Source: Adineta vaga (taxonomy: Eukaryota; Animalia; Rotifera). Taken from it: 64,000 bases of DNA. Both the position numbers and the translations under genes were made by a program. Of the stretch, positions 54,201-64,000 are shown in pieces. The notes below the pieces were generated by a model that was not told the DNA's origin, did not search any database, and saw nothing but the letters and a program-made list of their open reading frames with translations. Location: the NCBI GenBank assembly GCA_021613535.1, contig CP075493.1:1736001-1800000 (forward strand), read 5' to 3'. Numbering within the stretch: position 1 is the stretch's first letter; each line of letters starts with the position of its first letter.

Positions 54201-55088
54201 ATCCGGTTTATTATTCAAATATGAGAGACTCTTCTCAACTATACTAAATGAAAAACTTCGATTGAAGTAGCTTTGAATGCATTTTAGAACGATAAAATTT
54301 TATTAAAACTTACAATTAATATCATCTTTATTTGCATTCCAAATTTTGATTGGTTGTGCTGGTTCTTGATCATCATAAGAATTTGTAATTGTTAGTGTTG
54401 ATGCTAAAAGAGACTATCATATTAATTCAACATCAAATTGCACAATTTTCTTACGATTATTATTGACTTCTGGTTCAATTTTGTTTTTTGTATCCGCTTG
54501 TTTTTGTTCTTGAAATGAACATACGATATCACCGAATTTCACTTCATCACCATCATGCAATGCATAGCAGACATTTGCTTGAAGTTGAACCTATTGGAAT
54601 AGCATTGAAATCGTTTATTATATCGAATAATTATCATTAGTTTTATTTACTTTATTATGAAATGTTTTATTACTACTACCAAGATCAGTGATAAAAAATT
54701 GTCCATTACTAATTGTTATTTTTGCATGTTGTTTTGAAAGTGACTAAAAACAGATGATAGTGAAGTGTTTAATTGGAAAAAAAAGCCACTTACCGGTGCA
54801 GGAATAATTAAATCAGATGGATTTGATCGACCAATAGTTGTCTCGTCTGAAAGAAAAACAATTTTGTTTTGTAAATTAAAAAACTCGTTTAGCATACGTA
54901 CTATTTATATCATATGTCCGAGGATCAATACCACTAAGAACTTTTAGTGATGCTTTCTAAAAACATGTTAAAATAGGCGATTATTGAAAATGAAGAAAAA
55001 TTGAATAACATACAGTATCAGTCGTCGATGAGTTTTCTGTAAGACTTTCATCAGCTGCTAGAATTTCTGTACTATCAAGATCTATCAT
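51297..55088 (-). CDS. MDC1: MDC1-like DNA-damage mediator (N-terminal FHA, long disordered linker, C-terminal tandem BRCT), many exons
   Basis: FHA: TTIGRS..SLSKQHA..ITDLGSSNKT..DGDEVKFG. BRCT: DRIRRTKKFFMCLARGALILSPAWI...DIIEAAGG, close to the MDC1 BRCT consensus. Confidence 0.85.
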
Positions 55089-57070
55089 TTCAATTTGATC
55101 TAAAAGTCGAATAATTACTATTCGATAGATGAATAAATAAAGACAATGTCTGAAGAGAATGAGAGAACAAAGACATCTAGTGTCTTTCTTCAAATTTTAG
55201 ACCTTAACAGCTGATTAGTCTGTCTTTGATAAGAGAAGCACTATTTGTCATTTCGATTTTTATGAGATATTATTAGATTATAAGTTATTAACAGGCAGAT
55301 GTACTTACGGTTTATTTCTTTGTCTATGTGGATAAAAGCGACATCTTTTTTTTATCTACACAAAAATTTCTCACGTATATCTATAGTATTTAAATAGACG
55401 GATTAGAAAGAATAGCTTTTGATAGTTAGTGCTCATTATTGAACCATTCAATTCAAACAACTTTCCTTTAATCTTTTTTTCTCTCAAATCATTTTGTTCT
55501 ACGAAGATCTTCTGTTCGAAAAAGAAGTCATTTATTTTATTGAATCGATTAAAGAATGATGTTATTTTTATACAGTCCGCGTGCAGTCGTTACAATGAAA
55601 GAATAAATTGCTGTACCTAAATAAACAATCTAGCAATAAGTAGGAAAACTAGTTTCACTTACGTTACGTTGTGCATTAAGGTTGTACATACAATTTAAAT
55701 TATCTTTAATGCGAGAAAATTTTTGAATTCACAAATCAAGAAATATCATGTGTCGCATTGCAGTCGATAAGAACGTGAAGAGCTATGTCGGATCCCACAA
55801 TCGAATTATCTTGCGATAAAACATACGATATAATAGTTGAAAAATAATCTCAGTAACATAGATGAAACAAGCACAGAACATTTGCGGTGGTGGTAAACTC
55901 GAAAATTGAGTAGTGTAGAAATTGTAAACTCGATCCGCACCGAGGATTTTGAATCGTTGGAGTCTTTTAACTCTTCAACTATTCGATTATTCAACTATTC
56001 ACCGTCGTTTGGGTCAATGAATCAATAATCTCTTGTGTTTCACATTGTCAAAGTCTCAATGGATTAAAAAATTGGACGATGTGACTTTAAACCAATATCT
56101 ACAACGCGAACTATATACTATAATCCGAAGCAAACCTATTGGTGCAGCCATTATTGATTGAATGTGCGAACAATTCATCGCTGTTGACTGTATTCTTGAT
56201 TTGGCCTATTGTATATTTTACGAGTTCAAACGCTTAAGAAAATAAGGGCAATGGTGGACGATAATTGTCATGAAATCAGAAGTAATATCTGTATATAGAA
56301 ATAGAAAGTCTTTATCGTATTCGTACATAAAATGTGAACAAAAATTGAAATACTTTTTCTGAATGAAAACTATTCTGTACTTTGTAATGGTGAAATTCGT
56401 TTAATTCATTCACACGATTGGAGAATACTTATTCTAATACATTTTCCAGTTTTGTAACGTTATTTTGCAGGAATGCATATCTGTGGAAATATTCGATCAA
56501 AATCCTTGTCAACCAAATATGTTTTGATATCGAAATCTTCGTTAATCTTAATTCTATGTTCATATACATTAGACACTATTACAGAGTGTGAATGAAAATG
56601 AGTCGCGAGTTAGCAATACGGACAACATAAAATACCCAATTTCTCTCTTTCTCATGTTTCTTTAACTTTAACCTACGTATGAGATGTTTTATTCTTTCTT
56701 CAAGCGCATGTTACTATACCCGTTATCGCTTCTGTTCTATGCATAATGAACTGAAAAAATCTTTTGTCGAATAATTTATTCATTAAAAAAATATTGAAAA
56801 ATTGTAAACTGAATTTTATTCATCAATAACTTATTGTTCTATCGACAATACATATCAGAGTAGTGTTTGAGATAAAAATGAAATTCGAACTACTTGCAAC
56901 ATTATTATACGACTTGAATATCATGCTTGTTTATTTCTGATATTTCTTGTTTTCTTTTTTAATAACTGACGTGTTAACGCTACTTTGTGAACAAAGAGAA
57001 ATAGTGAGGAAGCTTTGTTAAATTCGAGGACAAATCGAGGAGATACTTCTAGTCATAAAAAGACCATCTG

Positions 57071-58051
57071 TATAAAATTTTGCTGTTGGAAAGCGTCTAA
57101 ACAATGATGAGAAAATACATTTTCTTCATTTATTCTCAAAATCAATCAGTTTTCCACTCACGAAGGAGCAGTGCGAGGCATAAAACCAGTAAACGCTTGT
57201 TAAACTGGTATGATACCAATATCAGTCATTCGATGAATGATTTGTTTGACAAGTTGAAATTGTGATTGATGCCAACTACTCGATAGAGGACCACCGTATT
57301 GTTGAAGATTATCCATACGAAACCTATTGTTTTTCCACTGAAACAAATAACTCAAGAAAAGAAGATTGTTCTTACTAAGCTAGAAAAGCAGGATCAGTAA
57401 AATAACTATCAAGTTCACTTTGTGGAAAACCCATTCGTAGAAAAACCTAACAAAAACTGAGAATAAAGACGGCTAAGTTAATTTCAATTTCAAACCTTAT
57501 TATAAATGTATTCCATTCCAGTTGTTGCGTAGACTATATTGATGCCATTCATCACCATCCAATCGATCTCTTTTTGCCATCTAGAGGTATAATAAAGAAA
57601 AACTACTGGAAATCAATAAAGAAATGTTCTTACTGCGAGAAATTCCAAAAGACTGCAGAGTAACTAAATGTACATGGATTTTCATACCAACGATACAAAT
57701 TATTAGCAATAATACGAATAGTTTCACGTACTGGAACTAATTAGAACCATTCATCCAATTATTCTTACCTGACCAATAAACTATAGTAGGAAATAAATGA
57801 ATATTTTTCAAGTGACACATTTATTATTTAGTACCTGAACCATCTGCTACATATTTTAAATAGTAATTGAAACCCCAAGCTACAGCTACACTTGTCGATG
57901 CAGATATACGTATTGAACATGCTGTTGATCCATTGAAAATTTCAAAAACATCTTTGCCATTAACTGCTAAATTTGCATTGACTACGATTTCAAAAGGTTT
58001 TGCGGCTGCAGCTCCATCCAATATTCTTGATATTAAATCAGAAACAGTTTG
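57071..58051 (-). pseudogene. NAGLU: NAGLU pseudogene, 5' and middle exons, truncated
   Basis: Same NAGLU motifs as copy A, in colinear order, with the same premature TAA after IGIIPV. Ends at RFPTAKFY. Confidence 0.88.
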
Positions 58052-58286
58052 GAAAGAGAAAATGAATATAGGGCGTTAATTTCTAACCTAGTGTATAGAG
58101 ACGTCAGTGTATAGATGGAAGCTATTGTTAGTTCTCGCTCTACGTATGGCATTTACAAAATTTATGATTAGGTGTCGCTTTTACCAGTTGTAATTGGCAT
58201 TTTTTTCTTTGTTCTGAATCCGTGATTCTGACCCGACGATTGATATATAGTTATAATCTGTTAAATAACTAAAACTATGTCTATAT

Positions 58287-58425
58287 CCCAGGTCAAACAA
58301 TACGGGCCGGTTCCGGCAGGAAAGTACCGGAAATTCCTGGAACATGGAAGCAGAATTCCGAGCGGAAATTTTCGGATTTTTTTCCGGTAAGTTCCGGTCA
58401 GTTCCCGCTGGAAAGCACAGGAAAC
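58287..58425. mobile_element. One-ended MITE fragment with CCCAGGTC terminus
   Basis: GC-rich insert starting cccaggtcaaacaat. It is absent from copy A, where ~26 bp of AT-rich sequence occupies the site. The second terminus is missing. Confidence 0.7.
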
Positions 58426-58451
58426 TCATTAAGATATAATTATTGATCATC

Positions 58452-59670
58452 ATGCAAGTCGTTCAAATTTCTGGTCGTAAAAATAAAATTGTTATGTTGG
58501 CGTTATCGCCCGATAACACCATCAATCGTCAATATTTTAAGCAAACATTTCCTGGTGCTTTCGGTATACAACATAAACTCGATAACTCTGATCGATATAT
58601 GAGGTGTGTAAAATAAATATGTTCACATAATCGAAACCCAGGTCGATCAATCCGATACTCGGATCCGATCGAATCCGATACAGATCCGTCACCAGGAATC
58701 CGATAGGGTTTTGTAGGAACGTTGGATCCTATAGGGTCCTATCGGATCCAATATCAGATTTGTCGACCTGGGAAGAGACAACTTTATTTTTAGTATACCT
58801 TTCAATGCTGATGGAAACTATTCATGGGACTGGGATTCAGATGTCATCTATGAAGTAGTCTATGCTTATAGTGAGAAGCTAAATATTTGATTTTAGAATA
58901 TACTCTCTCTTTATGTTTCAGATGGTAAACCTTCACCATCTCCATCTCGATCAAAGATCATGTCATGGTTATTTACAGCTGCAAGTAAGTTCATCACTAT
59001 TGTTATAATTGTGAAAATTTATAATTCTCTTACTGAGTGTTAGTTAATTTGAGTTTATGTTATTCTTTTTCAATGATAGATCTATTCAAATCTACAAGTT
59101 CGAATATTAATGATAAAAAAACATTATGATGAAGCCCGTATAGAAAATGTAAGAAGATCCATCCTTTTATATGGTGTTGTGTTCTTTTGTATTTTTGTTT
59201 TTTGTATAACAAAACTTGAGAATGCATGATGCTCTTGTATAAACGTATTACATATATTGTCACATATTAGATATATCTAATCGCTTTTAGTTCTCATAAA
59301 GTATATCTATGCTTTATGTGTGTAGTATTACTGCTATTCAGATAACAGGTGAATATACCTGGAAATGTATACTTTATAGCTTCGACAGAATTATGTTAAT
59401 CTATATCAATACAATTTATTATTTAGGTATTTTAGGCATTTGTATGGGTTCTATTATGTGTAAGATGTAGTCAACTATATACGAAGATTGCATAAAATAT
59501 TTCTCTTCTACTACATCTGATCATACTGAAACTTCCACATATCATTTGAAAACTCAAATACCTATCGTAGTTATTGTTTCGTCGTTATATATCACATCAA
59601 CATTGATTATGAACGCCTTACACACAATCCATCGGCTCCTCTACAAACAACCACTCGACAATCAACTTAA
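58452..59670 (+). pseudogene. Degraded TDP-43-N-like gene (copy B)
   Basis: MQVVQISGRKNKIVMLALSPDNTINRQYFKQTFPGAFGIQHK..|SIPFNADGNYSWDWDSDVIYEVVY|..GKPSPSPSRSK; frameshift in exon 4 and a ~65 bp deletion in the last exon. Confidence 0.55.
58637..58772. mobile_element. MITE, 136 bp, internally deleted relative of 25955-26222, 2-bp TSD (AA)
   Basis: Filled site atcgaAA[cccaggtcgatcaatccgata...tttgtcgacctggg]AAgagac. The empty site atcgaaagagac is in copy A (~26301-26312, minus strand). Confidence 0.92.
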
Positions 59671-59829
59671 AGAATTTTTTTGGAAAAAAATCTATGTCAC
59701 TATTTCATTTTATTTTAAATAAAAAGATATTATTCCTATAATCATCATAAAATAGAAAATTCAATGTTTAGGAAAAAGCGAAAGTTTCATTGGAATCAAA
59801 TAGTAAGGAATGTATAAGTTTCGTTTAGA

Positions 59830-59951
59830 TCAATTGATCTTATATTTAAGAGAAATTCCATTTTTTGATGATGATCTTTCTGGTAAATTAATGTCACGTA
59901 GAGATAAACGATATTTGTTAAATAATTGTCGAGCAATAAGAATTGAATCAC
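59830..59951 (-). pseudogene. NAGLU: Isolated NAGLU last exon
   Basis: tttctag|GDSILIARQLFNKYRLSLRDINLP...stop, resembling the NAGLU C-terminus. Confidence 0.7.
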
Positions 59952-61329
59952 CTAGAAATAAAAAAAACAACATGTTGTCTCGCATTGAATCAAATCAAAT
60001 TCCTACATATAATATTTTCAATAATTTGGCAGAGAGCACTCAGATAACTGAAAAAAACAACAGGCCTTACATTTGGATAAAATTGGTAATACATTTAAAA
60101 CTATTGTAACGGATCTCGATCTTTATTATTATCTTCATTATTGCTTATCAAACTTCTGATACTTAAATCTAATTTGATTTGTATAAGAAAATAAATGTCG
60201 AATAAACTAGAATAACAGAAGTTAACATCGAAAAACTGAGAATGTCACATGACGAAATCATGGAAGTTAAAGAGAACTTAGAATCCTTTTATTACACGAG
60301 TTTTTCTATAAATGTTCTTGATTATAGAAATTTTTACTATAATTTCATGGATCAGAATGTGACAAATAATTTTGCATATTGTGACATAGAAATCGTCAGT
60401 TCTAGTCCATCTGAAGTCTTGATTTACGCTGTTTCAGTCATCATTTTACAGAAAAACCATACATATACGGCTTTTCTAATTCAAAAATGTCCAGTTAGCT
60501 GAATAAAAAGAAATTTTCATCAGCATTCAATTACCCGCAACGTCTTTCAGCAGTTCATATCAGAAATTTAGTGATTTTCACTTAAAAATAACAAAACAGA
60601 GGAGCATTAACCAACCAAATGAAAAAGATTTCAATCATGATTTGTCAAATTCTTTTCAGTAACCTTATCTCTTCAGAGATTAAATTTAGACTCAACTTCA
60701 CGCAATTTATTGTATCATTCAAAATTGCATTGCTTTACATTCTAGTTGACCATGGAAAACATTTTAAAGATATTTATTCATATGGTCACTCAGACGAAAA
60801 GTCCTTGTTTCAAAGAAAAAACTTACTCGTAACAAATACGATACTAAGTATCACAATAAACTACTCTCGATGATCAGATTCATCACCAACATATCTTACA
60901 ACAATATATCGTACAAGAATACTTTACCTCCATTCCCTATATTGTGACCAAATAAGCATATTCTTCACTTCATCGTACTTTTTATCCTCAAGAAAGACAA
61001 AACACAAATACATTCAGTCACTTCTCAACGAAAACGAAGTTCAACGTTTCCAATATATTCTAACCTGCCTCTATTGAAAAATCTTATTCATTTATCAGCA
61101 GATATCTACCAAAAAAAAGCATCCACCATATTCACGATTTTCATCTTCTTTACCATATCAATCATTTTCCTCTATCCCTTTCACATATGACACCGTATGG
61201 TAACATAGCAATACACTTCAACGATTACTCGCACTTCTATAGATATCATAAGAAAAAAGGGATGAATTTCATTTCACGAACAATAATTTATTAATAAATT
61301 AAAAATAAAATCAACAAAACATAGAAAAA

Positions 61330-61951
61330 TTAAACAAAATTCGCGGGCATCGTTGCATAAAAGTCAATCATCGGTACCTCTGTATTCCACAATTCAATTG
61401 AAGCAACCATTTCATTTACACGATCAAGATGAACAGTACCAAAGATTTCTTCTGGATTTTTATCATTATAATAGATTTGATTGATAATTGCTAGTTGTAA
61501 TTGACTTTCTAAAATGAACAAGAATTACTTAAATAACTATTTAAAACGAAAAATATATAACTTACTTCTTGCCCAACGAGGAACTTTCTTCGATTCACGA
61601 TGTGATAATGCTACTTGTGTATCATCAAGTTCATCATCATGAAAAACAGTCATATCATAATTACTAGCAATATCCGATGATTCATTTTTTTCACAAATAA
61701 CTTCACGCAAAACATTTGATCTAAGAAAAAGAACAATCTAATCATTAAAATTCAGTGAAAAAATCATATTTACCCTTTAATTCGTTGAAATTTACGATTC
61801 GATTGTTGTTTTTGTATTGGTCGACGGATCGGTGATTGACATTTATTAAGCGAAGTTGTTTTCTTAAAAAGTTGACGACGGAAAAGAGTTTTAAGTGATT
61901 TCGATGGATTATTAACGAAGGTAAGCATAGATGAATCAGCGGGACGCATAC
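61330..61951 (-). CDS. INCENP-like IN-box (Aurora-binding) region, last 3 exons; upstream part unresolved and possibly degraded
   Basis: Splices to ...NYDMTVFHDDELDDTQVALSHRESKKVPRWAR|KSQLQLAIINQIYYNDKNPEEIFGTV...WN, matching the IN-box pattern (acidic patch, K.IP.WA, L..AI..Q.Y, IFG). Confidence 0.65.
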
Positions 61952-64000
61952 ACTAAATACAAACAATATTATTTTCATCAAATATAAATTCAATATGTAC
62001 GTACTGGATTACAGAAAGCCATTGTTCCAAATAGAATGTGTAGAGAAATATTGTGATCGAAGAAGTATGTTATGAAGCTATTGTAATGGTATGCATTTAT
62101 ATCAACGAAATCTCATTTGGTTAAAATGGCTCAAACTGTTCCAATTATGCATTTTATCAAAGAATTGTTCCGATAAGTAGGATTGATCAATTAACTTTTC
62201 GAGCCAATCAATCGATCAATGACTTAACTAATCAATTTTTATCTTTCTCTCTTTCTCGTTCATATCGTGACACGAAATAAGTGATTGGAAATATTTTCAA
62301 TGGAGGTAACTTTAAACAAGCGGACGATTGATAATCATAATTGATGAATTTTATTTAGAAAAAAAAAACAAGAATGGATCGATACAAAAGAATGTTAAAA
62401 TGGTTCCTGATTGATGCTGATCATGTCAGAAATTGGTTCTTGGGTTTGTAAGTTGTTATAATGTTGAAAGCACTGCTTTATTGAATTACCAACAAGAGTT
62501 TCAGTTGATTAAGTTGATTAAGTTCGTCTTTGTGAATGGATTATAAAAATGATGTAGGAAGTCGAAAAACATGTTTTTTGAAGTCTTTTTTGGTTTATTA
62601 TCTCTGATAATTGTGGTGGGTGGAACTGATTAACTATAATTGAATTGATTTGTGAAATTGTGAGTTACATTGTGCTGAAGAAATGTTTAATAGCTGTCAG
62701 GACTTAATCAATTTGATCTCGTTTAAACATTTGTCGTATCGGAAATTTGTTTTTTACGGCAAAAAACGTTGAAAGTATTTTATGTTGTTGTAGAAAATCG
62801 TGTTTTTCTTAATTTGATAGATGAGAACAATGTATCATAATAATATTTCTTTTCGAAATGATGAATTTCAACAAAGATGTTTTCTGTTATCCGACGATAT
62901 CGTTCTTCAAACGAAGATAGGTGGTAGTAATCAAATTTTTTAATACCAGTCGTTTGCTTTTGGATGAATGTAGATTAAAAAGGAAGAAATTCAAACGTTG
63001 TTTTAAATCGATATGTGTACATTGTACTATGAATAATTGCTGAATGACCTGAGCGGATTAGTATTTTTTTTGTCGTTAAGTACATTTGTACATCGTATGA
63101 GACAAATGAGAAGGAGAGATGAAGAAAGAAAGAACGAACAATATCGTTTGTGTTATTTTTTTCATTGTCAACATTTTTTGTAGTTCTACTTGATTTCATC
63201 TGCTTTTGCTTATGAGTGAAAAAGAACGAAAGAAATATATACTTATATTATGTCGATGTTATTTCTTGAGGATAAACGAATAAGTTCCTTGGAGAAATCA
63301 ATTTGTAATCGTAGTCTTATCAAACAACGACCTTCGTTATGTTATTTTACATTGAATAAAAGTCAATAGAACTGCGTGAGACAAAGAAAAGTCGTTTTTT
63401 TTTCATTACAAAATCCGAAGCAAATATGATTGATAACATATTGAAAGAGAATAAACATTCAAAAGAAATGAGTTAGTTGAACTATCTTGACTGAAATTAT
63501 GATAGTATTCTTAATTCTCATTCGTCGATGATATGTACTTTTTGTCATGAAAAAACAACATTTTTCTCGTCAATCCATATCGAGTAAACCGAAGACTAAT
63601 TAATCATATACGATATTATTTGAAGTATAATATGGCATAAAGGTAAAAATGATTCAGTTTACACAAGCGCAGAAAGAAGAGAAATAAATGATTCATCAAT
63701 ATTCTCCGATAAACCAATGAATAAACAGCGCTACTTTCTTCTGTAATTGATTTCAGTGAAAAAAATCGGAAATATTTACTTTTATTTATGAAAATGTTTT
63801 ACAATGAATATCGTTCGTATTCGAATAAAACTTTTATATTTTTCTCGAATCTTTTATCTGATTGGTTAGAGAACGGAATGAATCTTTCCATCATCGTCAA
63901 CAACAAACGTTTTTTTTCGCGTACATTACATTGTATTTATTGTTTTTTTCCTTTCTTTTCTTTCATAGGAAAAAAAATCTCATAGTGATCGTCTAATGTC

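Larger units (their letters stand above)
57071..59967 (-). repeat. Segmental duplicate, copy B (order on minus strand: NAGLU last exon, gene 2, NAGLU 5' exons, NAGLU middle exons)
   Basis: Reverse complement of the two blocks of copy A, joined continuously through ...cagtacgtga-aac-tattcgtatt... Confidence 0.95.

Noticed and set aside
55620-57060. Slightly coding-like sequence left of copy B
   Set aside because: No sustained ORF or recognisable domain.
23801-59967. Copies A and B as terminal inverted repeats of one giant transposon
   Set aside because: The blocks are permuted rather than mirror-symmetric and consist of host pseudogenes. There is no TSD or transposase, and the enclosed genes are ordinary host genes.
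59970-61250. Coding-like fragments, including ORFs 60242-60502 and 60619-60873
   Set aside because: No coherent spliced model or recognisable motif; probably a degraded gene.

Overview
AT-rich, gene-dense eukaryotic genomic DNA with many short (~50-90 bp) GT-AG introns. The metazoan core genes, tiny introns and several non-metazoan-type genes fit a bdelloid rotifer (inference). The window holds about 22 protein-coding genes. Recognisable ones: Sec61 alpha (3'-truncated), CEP164-like, glutaredoxin, LLPH, RPS8, three class A GPCRs (one histamine H1-like), an RCC1-repeat protein, a SPOP-like MATH-BTB protein, an EF-hand-less SCaMC-type carrier, a secreted two-Ig protein, three claudin-like paralogs, MDC1-like and a divergent INCENP IN-box. 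Three are horizontal-transfer candidates: a bacterial-type general stress protein 26 with 5 introns, a Trk/HKT K+ transporter and an intronless FMO-DUF6314 fusion. Main observations: (1) a ~3.3 kb two-pseudogene segment (NAGLU plus a TDP-43-N-like gene) occurs twice in inverted orientation, and the copy at 23801-27103 is a circular permutation of the copy at 57071-59967 missing only 3 nt at the opening point, as expected for duplication through an extrachromosomal circle; (2) a four-exon neuropeptide precursor that would release AALKGFVH-amide and four FVH-amide tripeptides; (3) an operon-like LLPH-glutaredoxin-GSP26 run with 135 and 87 bp spacers and apparently unpaired splice acceptors. Gene models were spliced by eye, so boundaries may be off by a few nt.
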